DNA from: Blastocystis sp. Blastoise
Lineage: Eukaryota; Protista; Bigyra: Opalinata
Length of the DNA stretch: 64,000 nucleotides
Assembly: GCA_039096225.1 (NCBI GenBank)
Contig: JBBPEB010000013.1
Span: 806,001 to 870,000 of the forward strand
Direction of reading: 5' to 3'
The notes beneath the pieces were generated by a model. The model made no database searches and was not told where the DNA came from. It saw only the letters and a program-made list of their open reading frames with translations. Positions 1 to 12,114 of this stretch are shown piece by piece. The position numbers were made by a program, and so were the translations under genes. Each line of letters starts with the position of its first letter. The stretch's first letter is position 1.

Positions 1-1621
1 AGAATCAAATGGAGGTAAATATACTAATATGCCTACTATTCAATATACTTCACATTTTAATCCTAATAGTGGTGTTTCTACATTAGAATTTTATGATTTT
101 GATGTTGCACATAGAGAAGCAGAAAGAAATTATCAAATGTTAAATAGAGAACAAAAAGAAATATTTGATAGAATTATGGTATCTGTTAATAATACTCAAC
201 CTCATAATAATAATATGTTCTTTATTGATGGTCCTGGTGGAACTGGAAAAACATTCTTATATAATACTTTGATCAAGATGATTCGTACAAGAGAAAAACC
301 TGTATTAGCTGTTGCATTCACAGGAATAGCAGCTACTTTATTATCAGGAGGAAGTACTTCTCATTCTGTATTTGGATTACCACTTGATCTAAATGAAATG
401 TCTATTTCACATATAACAAGAAGTAGTGCAAAAGCAAATGATTTAAGAAAATGTGCTATTATTATTTGGGATGAAGCACCTATGGCTTCTATTTATGCTT
501 TAGAAGTTCTTGATAATTTATTACATGATTTATTTAGTTCAATAGATTCTGAAGATCCATGTCTTCAATATCCTTTTGTTGGTAAAACTATTGTTTTAGG
601 TGGAGATTTTAGACAATGTTTACCAGTAGTTAAAAATGGAAATGAATCATCTACTGTTGGTGTATGTTTGAAAAGATTTAAATATTGGAATAATTTTATA
701 CAATGTCATTTAGTTCAGAATATGAGAGCAGATAGAGATGCTTTAGATTTTAAAGAATGGTTAATGAAAGTAGGAAATGGTGAACGATTAAATAATGAAT
801 CTGATTTGAATGATAATATTGTAGAAATACCTTCACAATGTATAAGTACAGAAAATTTATATAAAGAGATATGGGAGAATATACTTCATAATAGAAATAT
901 TTTATCAGAACAACATAGAAAAGATTTATCTGAGAATTGTATTTTATGTTGTACGAATGAAGATACTTTTGATATAAATGAGAAAGTATTAGATTTAATA
1001 CCTTCTTCAGAATCAGAAAAAATATATTATAGTTTTGATACTTTAGAAGATGAAATAGTTAATGATTCTGAAAGAGCTGCTTATTCTCCTGAATTTCTTA
1101 ATACTCTTCTTCCTCAAGGATTTCCTCCTCATAAATTAAGATTAAGAAAAGGCTGTATTATTATGTTATTGAGAAATCTTAATATAAAGAAGGGTTTATG
1201 TAATGGAACAAGATTAGTTGTTCTTGAAACATTAAATAATGTTATTCGTGCTCAATTATTAAATAAGCCAGATAATTTATTACCTGGTGAAGATATTGTA
1301 TTTATTCCAAGAATCAGTTTAATTACTTCAGATGATTCACTTCCTACTAAGATGAGAAGAAAACAATTTCCTGTTCGATTAGCTTTTGCTATGACTATTA
1401 ATAAATCACAAGGTCAAACATTTAAAAATGTTGGATTATATTTAAAGAGACCTGTATTTAGTCATGGTCAATTATATGTTGCTTTTAGTAGAGTTCGTTC
1501 TTTTAATGGTTTACATATTTATGCTGAAAATTGTAATAACAATAATCAAGGACATCTTAGTAAAGACTATCCTAATAAGGTATTTACGACTAATTGCATT
1601 TTTGATGGAGTTTTAAATTAG
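1..1621 (+). CDS. Helitron RepHel protein, C-terminal Pif1/SF1B helicase domain (5'-truncated by window edge)
   Basis: Motifs DGPGGTGKT, IIWDEAPM, GGDFRQCLPV, LCNGTRL, QFPVRLAFAMTINKSQGQT, HGQLYVAFSRV. Differs from the C-terminus of the 46094-50911 ORF at 3 of 530 aa. Confidence 0.95.
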   Translation, partial: ESNGGKYTNMPTIQYTSHFNPNSGVSTLEFYDFDVAHREAERNYQMLNREQKEIFDRIMVSVNNTQPHNNNMFFIDGPGGTGKTFLYNTLIKMIRTREKPVLAVAFTGIAATLLSGGSTSHSVFGLPLDLNEMSISHITRSSAKANDLRKCAIIIWDEAPMASIYALEVLDNLLHDLFSSIDSEDPCLQYPFVGKTIVLGGDFRQCLPVVKNGNESSTVGVCLKRFKYWNNFIQCHLVQNMRADRDALDFKEWLMKVGNGERLNNESDLNDNIVEIPSQCISTENLYKEIWENILHNRNILSEQHRKDLSENCILCCTNEDTFDINEKVLDLIPSSESEKIYYSFDTLEDEIVNDSERAAYSPEFLNTLLPQGFPPHKLRLRKGCIIMLLRNLNIKKGLCNGTRLVVLETLNNVIRAQLLNKPDNLLPGEDIVFIPRISLITSDDSLPTKMRRKQFPVRLAFAMTINKSQGQTFKNVGLYLKRPVFSHGQLYVAFSRVRSFNGLHIYAENCNNNNQGHLSKDYPNKVFTTNCIFDGVLN

Positions 1622-1854
1622 TTATTGTTTTATTTGTTTTATTTGTTTTTTGATTTCTTTTATATTTGTTATTGTCTGTTAATATATTTGTTTTTATTTA
1701 TTATTTTTCTCTTTTCAATTTTTATTTGTTGTCTTAAAAGTTAAATATAGAATATTCTATTGTTTTGTTAAAACTTAAAAACCAAAAACTAAAAATAGAT
1801 ATTTTAAAATAAAACTCAAGCGTAGGCCTGCGTAGGCAGGCCGTGAAACGCTTG
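1..1854 (+). mobile_element. Autonomous Helitron copy 1 (3' part; 5' part lies outside the window)
   Basis: Pif1-type helicase ORF, then subterminal hairpin GGCCTGC-gtag-GCAGGCC (1825-1842) and CTTG|T at 1851-1855. Homology with copy 2 (45857 onward, minus strand) stops at this point. Confidence 0.92.
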
Positions 1855-1887
1855 TTTATATTAAAAAACAAAATAGAATAAATGAGA

Positions 1888-2318
1888 TCTATTTAGATAG
1901 AATATATGCAGGATACAATAAAACTATATATGATAAATCAAATAAAAATTATATATAAGCATTATGATTTAGTCACTAATACAAAAAATTATAAAATTAT
2001 TTCTTTTATATAAAACTAATAAAAAAATATGTATTAATAAATAAACATTCCAGAAAGAATAATTTAAGCAGAATGACTTGAAATTATAAATAAAATTATT
2101 GTTTATTTTCATATAATAATATTTTTCTTAGATAAATATAATTTATATTATAGAAACTATTATGAGATGTTTCATTAATGAAACTATTATAAACTATAAA
2201 CTACTTCAAAAAGCATTTTTATATATCTATATGATACAATATATTTAAAAATATTTTTGTATAAATTATAAAGCTCTAAAGGTTACGAAGCATCGGCGAA
2301 GCCGATGCCACCCGCTAG
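1888..2318 (+). mobile_element. Putative short non-autonomous Helitron of a second family
   Basis: Canonical 3' end: hairpin GCATCGGC-gaa-GCCGATGC (2290-2308), 6 nt, then CTAG (2315-2318) followed by T. Candidate 5' end A|TCTATTTAGATAG at 1887/1888 is tentative. Confidence 0.6.
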
Positions 2319-2334
2319 TTTTCCTTAAAATTCT

Positions 2335-2930
2335 TAACATTTCTTATATCTTCTTCTATGTTCTTTATCATTATACTTCTTCTTCTTTTTATATCTTCTT
2401 CGTTTTTATTCTTTATTTTTTTTCTTTTTTTTCCTTTATCTTTCTATATCTTCTTTCATCTTCTTTCATCTTCTTTCAGCTACTTTCATCTAATTTCATC
2501 TAATTTCATCTTCTTTCAGCTACTTTCAGCTACTTTCAGCTACTTTCTATATCTTATATCTTATATCTTATATGTTTTTATATCTTCTTCTTTATTCTTC
2601 CTTCTTATGTCATCTTCTTTTATTTTATATACACTTTTTTCCTTCTTATATCATCTTCCTTCTTCTTATATCTTCTTATATGTTCTTTTTATATGTTCTT
2701 TATATCTTCTTTATATCTTCTTTATTCTTCTTACTTCTTCCTTCTTCTTACTTCTTTTTATATCCTCTTTATTCTTCTTTATTCTTATCTCGTCTTCTTA
2801 TATCTTCTTACTTCTTCTTATATCTTCTTACTTCTTCTTATATCTTCTTACTTCTTCTTATATCTTCTTACTTCTTCTTACTTCTTCTTACTTCTTCTTA
2901 CTTCTTCTTTTTTCTTTTACATCTTCCTAT
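2335..2930. repeat. Pyrimidine-rich minisatellite (9-10 nt units TATATCTTCT/TACTTCTTCT, also TTTCAGCTAC/TTTCATCTTC)
   Basis: Visible tandem units, most homogeneous at 2795-2910. They account for the F/L/S/Y-rich spurious ORFs here. Confidence 0.85.
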
Positions 2931-3296
2931 ATATTCATATTATAATGTTTATCTGGTTTCTACAACTTCTCTATTACCTCCTTATCTTTATATAATATCC
3001 TTCATTCAATCACAATGTACTTTATTGTTTACTATGATTATATATTCATTGATAAATTGCCTCTATTTAGTTTATAATATACTTTTTTAAATTTTAATCA
3101 CTATTGTTTTAATTAGAATTTTTACTGTTATGTGTTTATTCTATCTATCTTTCTAGTTACTATTCTCTCTATTTATTTTTCTATCTATATTTGTCTATAA
3201 AAATATATAACGATATATATATAGTATAGATAATATATAGTAGGTACATATATATCCCTAATAATATAATTATTATTTTCTTTACATTCATATATC

Positions 3297-3361
3297 CCTT
3301 AAGCTTATAATGGTAAGTTACTCTATTTATGTGTAAACAGGTTCAAACCCTGTCTTAAGGA
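3297..3361 (+). pseudogene. tRNA-like element (pseudo-tRNA or Pol III promoter cassette)
   Basis: 7-bp acceptor-like stem CCTTAAG/CTTAAGG, D-like arm CTTA-TAATGG-TAAG, perfect T-arm ACAGG-TTCAAAC-CCTGT. No canonical anticodon arm and only ~65 nt long. Confidence 0.45.
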
Positions 3362-5150
3362 TTATACATATATTTTTTCTTCATATTCTATTTTTATATA
3401 GTTCTACCTATTCTTATTAATCTCATATTCCTTATCAATATCTTCAAAAATGATTTTCCAAAGATAATTGTTTCTTTTGAGAATATATATTAAATGATTA
3501 TTATTACAAGCAACTAAAATACTGTAAGTACTTATATAATGAACTCTTCTAATTACGATCAATATAATTAGCATTTAATTACCAAACATTATATTTTATT
3601 TACTACTTATTGATTTAAATGATTAATATTTAGATATTATAAGTTATTTAATAGTTGGTTTAGATGTTTTAAATAAAATAAGTTAACGAATTACAATTAT
3701 TTTAAATATTCTCAACTATTCTCTTATAAATACATTCTAGATTGGCTTTTACAGAAATCTATTTTCACAAAAAGTACATATTAAATGCTTTGAGCAAAAG
3801 GTTTCTAAGAATTACAATTATAAAACCTAAATAACTACACAATCTAATCATAGTTGTAAATAAAACTACATTTATCACATATATAAATGGTTTTTACAAG
3901 AATTTAACATAGTTTATGAAATTAATTAATTACTTTTTTTATAATTTTTAAATAATATCATTGAGAACCACTGTAGAAACTACTTTTAAATCTAATTTAG
4001 CTATTTTTTGTTTTTTCATATTAAGGAATGTTAAAAGATGATGATGATCAAATAATTAAAATAGCTCAAATAATCTCCAACTAAGAACACATTGTCTGTG
4101 AACTGTAAAATGATAATTATATATCAATTTAAAATGATTTATTAGTTTTAGAATAAAAGCAGCAAAAAATGTTTGTTTTGTAATGTAAACTTATTTTTGT
4201 ATTGATAGTTCATAATAAAATACTAGAAAAAATGTTTTTAAATATTTTATGCATTAATTAACACTCTTTACATTTAAATAAATCCAACAAACTATTTTTT
4301 GAAGAACATCAAAACAAAAAAACATTTTATTTCTAATTGTTTTACATAACTACTTTCAAATATTAGTTAAAAGTACTTTTTAAGTGCTTTTAAATACAGC
4401 AAACTTTATTTAAGAGTTGAATTCACTTTGTAGAAATGTTTGTAATCACTTTTATTCTGTCTTATACACTTTTTATCTATTGTATTCCAATTAAATTATT
4501 GAAAGAAGCAAGAGTCAATGATAATAATAATGATAGTCTAACATTTCTCTTTGGATTCATTCTATAAATAATTCTATTCTTATTTTCTTTACAAATTCTC
4601 TTTTCACTGAATATTTATAACTAAAAAATATATATAATAGCCCGATAAGATTGTCCTACTTATTTTGAAGTTTTTGTAATATCGTTATTTCTCATCACAT
4701 ATCACCATCATGAATCAAACAACACACACCACTAAACACCTATAATTATTACTTACTCTTAATTAGTTGAATTAATTAAGAAACACTGAATTGATGCAAA
4801 TTCTTATTTATTTTTTCTATTAATGATTACCACTCAAGTCTAGTTGCACTGACAATACTTTATTACGCTATTATTGATCATGAAAGTACTTGACAAAATA
4901 ATAAACAAATTTCAAATTATAGAGAAAAGATCAAATATTTTCATGAATTCAAAGCTTTTTCTCTTATTTATTTATAACCATTCATTTTATATAAAACATA
5001 GAGTCTTATACTAAAAATAAATCTCGTTTATTCTTGTTTATTTTATTAATATACCCCAGATCTTTTGAATTCCTATCATACCCGTATATAGTCATTTTAT
5101 CTACATTTCTTTCACATATATTATTAATTATTGTGAATCATCTATTAACT

Positions 5151-5868
5151 ATGGGTTCTAGTAATAGTTGACGGTATTGGCTTGTTTCTGCTTAATATGT
5201 ATATAATACTCGTTTGGAGTTAAAGGTATGCTTTATTTTGTTAAATTCTATTCTTTTCTTTAGATTGCGTTGTCTCTTATAATGGTTGGCTTTCTCCGTC
5301 TTCTATATCGTTGGGTGACAGTATGGTTATATATTTATTTATATTCTATTTTTTTATAGATTGTAGGAATAGGATCCGTTTGACTCAGAAAGAAGTTATA
5401 TAAAATGGTATATATCTATCTATATTACTTGTCGTTATCCTATTTTAACTAACCCCACTTATATTTATATAGCTTTTATTGTATATATATATTTTTTTTA
5501 TTTATTATTATTTATTACTGTTATTATTATTATTTATTATTATTAAAGGATCTAATCATTATTATATATAGATCAGCATTACAGGCAAGCGTATAGGTTC
5601 CTTATTATTCATTTTGGATTCTTGCAATGGTAAATATTATTCTATTTTATACTATTAATTATCTAACATTTTAATTTATATAGGCTTATTATGAGTACAA
5701 GGTGTCTATGGTATTGCTGTTCGGCCTCAGTTTTATAACGAAAATGTATATATATATTTTTATCATTTAAATTTTAATTTCAATTAATTATTGTTCTGTA
5801 TTATTATAATTATCTTTATATAGGTTACAATGCTTAGAGAGTGTGATATAAGTGTTGATTGGTTCCAT
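5151..5868 (+). ncRNA. Candidate spliced structured non-coding RNA (7 exons, ~353 nt), family unassigned
   Basis: Exons 5151-5225, 5264-5320, 5360-5407, 5473-5480, 5572-5629, 5684-5745, 5824-5868 bounded by GT-AG introns. All three frames of the spliced product contain stops. Nested inter-exon helices with G-U pairs. Confidence 0.45.
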
Positions 5869-6518
5869 TTAAATGTTTATTATTATTATTATTTGTCTAT
5901 TATATGTTTATTATATGTTTTATATTATATATATGTGTTTGTTTTGTTATATGAACGTTTATTAAGCTACCAATGAATAAAATAACCCTGAAAAATGACT
6001 GAAAAGTGAACGCTAAAAATTCTTACAATTAGACTTTTGGCGGACAAATATTTCGGTAAAACTCTAGGCATTTTAGGGTGTGTCATCCTTATTCACTGTT
6101 TTCCCTGTCGTCAAAATCACGAAAACCTATTCCCATATTTTCACGAAACAATTATTGGGGAAACCTCACTAAAACTTCAAACTACCTTTTCACTAAAAAA
6201 AAAAAACGACGGTAGTGATGGAGTTAATGTACAAATTTATGATATTTAAAGTAACTGTAATATGTTGTTATGATGAATGAAAGATATTTTTATAATAGAT
6301 AAAAAAAAATATTTTTTATAATGAATAGAAGATCAGTTATTATAATTCAATATTTTAAAAAATCATTAATAGATTTATATTTAATAAAACAAAAAAAAAG
6401 TATAATATTAAACATAGACAAACAACAATAAATGTATAAAATAAACAATGAAAAACAAATGAATAGAATTATAGATATGAATAATAAACATGAAATAGAA
6501 AAGCATAAATAACATATA

Positions 6519-6876
6519 TTATTCTTGAACATCAAACGTAGGTTGTTCCTTATGTTTTTCATGTCTTTGTTTATGACCCATTTTCATAATCACCTTAGGA
6601 ACATGGTGATGACTATATATATATAAATATATAATTAATTAGGATTGATAATAATATAATATATATGTATATATAATAAAATGAATACTTAGCAATTCTT
6701 CTAATTTCAGGTTGAGCAGCATATCGTTGCTTCAACTTATTATAATAATCAAGTTTCTGTTGCTGTCTTGGAAGAGGCTTCTCTATATATATTATAAATA
6801 TATTATATGTAGTATTTATCGAATTATATAGGAATATCTTAAAAGAAGAATAAATATAATAATAATAATAAACATC

Positions 6877-6914
<38 letters not shown>

Positions 6915-7895
6915 CATCATAATAATAATAATAATAATAATATATATATATATATACCAAGCATTTCACTTGCTCTTGCTTTCCATATACGGAGATTGGT
7001 ATCATCCGATCCGGAAATGATGAACTTACTATCTGCACTATAATTAGCAGTATATACACGTTGCATTCTCTTACCATGATATCTATATATATAGATATAT
7101 ATATAAGAAATTATATTACTATTTTAAAACATATAATTATTTAAGTTATATATTTATATTGAAATAATAAACTAAAAGATATAAATATATATATATATAT
7201 ATATAATAAATAGATAAACATATATATAGCATAAATAGATAAGCATACACATCTCGACTATGAATATTCCCGCGGTTCCAGAGACGAACAGTACGATCAT
7301 AACTTCCAGATACAAATTCTCTGCCTGTACTACTATATGCAACGGACATAACGGCACCCACGTGACCCATGTGTGTCACGAGGGGTTTCTCTAAATTACG
7401 CATATCAAATGTATATAAGTTATAATCTTCATTAGCCTATATTTATATATATAGATAATTGTATATGATTTATAGAATAATATGATATATATATAATATG
7501 AATCCTTAAAACCTTTGAAGAATTGATAGTAAATAATATAGTATCATAAAGAATATAGAGAATAAAATAGATTTAAAATAATAGCAATTAAGATATAATA
7601 AATATTATTATTATTATATATATATATACAACAGTAAAGTTCATAGGTTCTCTTGGATTCCAAGAAATAGCATTAGAGCACATACGAAGTGTAACTTTAC
7701 GAAGTGTAGATGAGGTACGAACCTAAAGAGTAATATGAACTTAGAAATAGATATAGGTATCATATAGATATAGATTTAAAATGAGAAGAAATGAAAAGGA
7801 TAAAAAAAAAGTAATTGAATATAATAAAAACGAAAGACTAAAAATTATGATTATTAAAAAAAAAGTAATAAATAATTATAACTATAATTCTATTA

Positions 7896-7962
<67 letters not shown>

Positions 7963-8909
7963 TCAAATAAGGATATAGAACGATCATTTGAGCATGCCGC
8001 AAGAACAGAGGATTCTCCAGGATTAAATTGAATAGATCTGAAATGTTCATGGCCAAAAGTAAATGTGTGCATAGGTTGACTCTTATGTACAGACCATAAT
8101 TGTATTACAGAAGAACAAGTAGCAAATACATCATCTTCCCAACTGTGATCTATACCACTATATATATATATAAGTAAATATCATAAGATAATAGTTAAAC
8201 TATAAATATATATATATATATATACTAGAAAGCTTCTTTTCCTGTCCAAACATTAAGTGGATCAGGTTGATATTCAGGGGCTTCTATACCCTATATACAT
8301 ATAATCATAATCATAATTATAATAATCATAATCATAATTATAATCATAATCATAATAATAATAATAATCATAATAATAATAATCATAATCATAATCATCA
8401 TAAAAATAACATAATAATATAATAATACCATCATCTAATTATTATATAAAACTCTTTATAAACATATATATATATACTCCACCAGCATCCATATTTAATA
8501 GATATTGTTTAATAGTACCATCATCACTACAACTTATAAAGCTAGTTCCTGTTTTATCTACTGTAATACCACGAACAAACTTCTTGTGAGCATATACACT
8601 CCAAACAGTCTTTTGAGTAGGTAAATCCCATATACGTACTTCACCATCACAAGCACCTGATAAGAAACAAACAAGACTCTTCGGACTAGTAGCAGTACAC
8701 CAAACACCATCGGAATGACCATCTAAAGCACCAACAAATGGTTTTGCAAATATTTTATCAAGTTTTACAGCATTAAGTGCTCTTTTATATTCGCGAGCTC
8801 TTTCGAAGGGATGATGAACAGGATTTAGATTATGATGAACTTTATCAACATCTCCTTTTCTTTCCTTTAAGTAATCAGATTCAGATCTTGAAATAACTTT
8901 GATTTTCAT
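6519..8909 (-). CDS. DCAF13: DDB1- and CUL4-associated factor 13 / Sof1 (WD40 SSU processome protein), multi-exon
   Basis: N-terminus MKIKVISRS...HPFERAREYKRALNAVKLDKIFAKPF; exons with GREFVSGSYDRTVRLW, YHGKRMQRV...SGSDDTNLRIWKA; Sof1 tail PEIRRIA..HHVPK; stop at 6519-6521. Confidence 0.93.
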
Positions 8910-9173
8910 GATTCAGACAAAAAATGAGATAGAAAAGTATATAAGAAAACTAGAAAACTCTTTTCAAAAAACAACTGGTTTCATAATTTTATTCACGATT
9001 ATATATTTTTTTTTATAAATAATTTTTCGACCATAAAATGAATATTGTTGTGAGAAATCAATTAGAAACGATTCTTTGAATTCAAAGATAATTCAACTAA
9101 CAAAACTAATTTCAATATAGATAAGAAAACATTTAAAAAAATAAGATTACTAATAAGAACAGAAAGAAAATGT

Positions 9174-10084
9174 TTAGTTTTCAGCATACATAGACTCAAT
9201 AACATCTCTGAAGTTTTTGTGAACAATATCTCTCTTTAATTTTAAGGTAGCAGTTAATTCATCATTACCAAGAGATAAATCACGATCAAGAATACACCAT
9301 TTTCTGATATTTTGAGCACGAGAGACAGCGATTTCGTTGTAACGACTGATAATACCATCAATATAAGCTTTGAACTTAGGACAATTTTGAGCTTCTTGTA
9401 CAGTAGTAGCAGTAGATCCAATTAAAGCAGCTTCACGAAGACTAGCAGGAGCTAATTTATCAGTAGGTTCACCATTAAGAGGATTAGCATTAGTCTTTAA
9501 ACTAATTAAGCAAGATAAATATTTCTTCTTATCACCTACAACAACAACATTAGCGAAACAATTAGATAATTCCATGATTTTAGTTTCAATAAGTACAGGA
9601 GGAATATTTTCACCACCAGCAGTAACAATAAGTTCCTTAATACGTCCAGTAACATAGAAGAATCCATCATTATCCTTTCTACCCATATCTCCTGTATGAA
9701 GCCAACCTTCATCATCAATAGTTTGAAGTGTTTCAGTCTCCATCTTTAAGTAACCCATCATAACAAATCTACCTTTATATTGTATTTCATGAGTATTAGG
9801 ATCAATACGACCTTCAGTACCAGGCATAGGGCGACCACAAGAACGAAGTTTCCAGGTCTGATTAATATATCCATTAGCAAATACAGGAGCAGTACCTTCA
9901 GATTGACCTAAAACATCATATAAAGGAAGATCTAAAGAAGCAAAGAATAATTGAGTTTCTTCAGTAACAGGAGCAGCAGCAACAATAATGAAACGAATAC
10001 TAGATATATTTATATTTATATATTATATATATATATATTTATAATTATATTTATATATATATCATTAATTAATATATTGAGAAG

Positions 10085-10127
<43 letters not shown>

Positions 10128-10925
10128 TTAATTAATATATTGAGAAGGCAAAAATAAATCTATATATATAAATATATAAATATACGCTCCAAAACCTAAA
10201 CTTTCTTTAATTTTATCAAAAAGTATTTTCTTGGCAATACCATAGCCGAAAGGTTCAACATAAGGTTTACCATACTGTCTTCTTAAACAACTTTCTGTAC
10301 CTTTACCACGAGCCCAATTAATAAGACACTTCTTAACACACTATATATATAATAGAAATAATATATAGTTGAGTATTATAAAAAGAAACATGTCGAAACA
10401 AAGAAATAAAAAAAATATGGACAGTATATAATAATAAAAATAGTAATTATATATAAAATAATTTATAGGATAATAAAGTAAAATACAAATAGTTTAAAAT
10501 CAAAAACAAAAAAGAGAATACAAGTATAATGATATCCTTAATATATATATATATATATATATACAGAAGCATGAGAGAAGACATCCTTCAGTTTTTCCAT
10601 CATCTTTTCATAGACTCTGGGAACAGCTACAAGGACAGTGGGTCTAGCTTTCTTCATAGTATCGGTAAGAGTACCCTTAAGAGCATCAGGACGAGTCATA
10701 TACACACAAACACGAGTATAAGCAGGAATCATAGCATCCACATATTGAGCAGCAATATGATTCAAGGGAAGGAAAGATACCTATATATATTATTATATAT
10801 TAACTATTATTATATATATTATATAGAATATATTATTATATTTATTATATTGATTATTATACTTTAAAACAACAAAATAATAATAATACTAATATTAATA
10901 TTAATAATATATCATAAAAGCATTT

Positions 10926-10992
<67 letters not shown>

Positions 10993-11083
10993 AAACGATC
11001 TCCATCTTGGAATCCTATTCTAGGAATAATGCCTCTAGCGTTGAATGTACAACCATCATGAGAACACATAACACCCTTAGGGT

Positions 11084-11161
<78 letters not shown>

Positions 11162-12114
11162 CTTATTCTATTTATAAAGCAAACATATTCAAAATATATA
11201 TATTCAAAATATATATATTCAAAATAAATATATTCAAAATAAAATACAATAAATAATTAATAAATATTATTTATTAGAATAAAAAAACACTTATAAATAA
11301 ATATATATAATATACGGTAGTACCAGATGTATAAATAAGTGTAGCACATTGATTAGGTTTAACAGCATTATAACGTTCAAGGAATTGTTCTTCTTCAACA
11401 TTCTTACCACATTCTAAGAATTCATCCCATTTATAAACCTTAGCAAACTATATATATATATTTTAAATAATAAAGAAAAAAATATTGAATTAAAAAATAT
11501 ACTTCATCATCAGGAGCAGTCTTGAAACCATCTTCAGGCCAATAGCTATATATATATATATCATTTAAAATATATATATAAAAAATAAGCATTTTATTTA
11601 AAAAAAAATAAAATAAATATATTTTATTTAAATACACAACGATAGCTTTAAGATGAGGAAGATTAGCACGAATAGATAAGATTTTATCTAATTGTTTGCC
11701 TCCTTGACAGAGAATAACACGAGATTCAGAATGTTGTAATACATATTCACAAGCACTAGGACCATTAGTAGAATAAATACCAGTAGTAACGGCACCACAA
11801 AGCCAAGATCCATGTAAACTAAAGAACCATTCAACAGAGTTGTAACCAATCATAGCGACAGGTTCAAAAGACTTGACACCAATAGAAATTAAAGATTTGG
11901 CAAATTGTTTAGAGATATCATAATATTGTTTATAAGTATATTGAACTCCAGTAGAAGTAACGAGAGCAGGATAATCAGCCCATTTTTTGGCTTGTTCAGT
12001 GAATAATTCACCAATAGTTTTGGGTTCAGGATCGAAATCACTTTCAGGAGAACGAACAATATTAACTGTATCATTTAAATTAATACATCTAAAACCATCA
12101 GGTAATTGACTCAT
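9174..12114 (-). CDS. Long-chain fatty-acid--CoA ligase, bubblegum (ACSBG)-like, multi-exon
   Basis: AMP-binding motif LIYTSGTT|[57 protein letters not shown]. Confidence 0.92.

Noticed and set aside
1817-1854. Ribozyme or Rho-independent terminator reading of the GC hairpin
   Set aside because: No CUGANGA core; eukaryotic context; position at the homology break identifies it as the Helitron end.
2358-3090. ORFs 2358-2945, 2572-3090 and 2693-2995
   Set aside because: Translations of a pyrimidine minisatellite, open in all frames.
5151-5225. Selenoprotein or stop-codon reassignment (ATG...TGA in frame)
   Set aside because: The frame also contains TAA and TAG, and conserved genes in the window use standard stops with no in-frame read-through.
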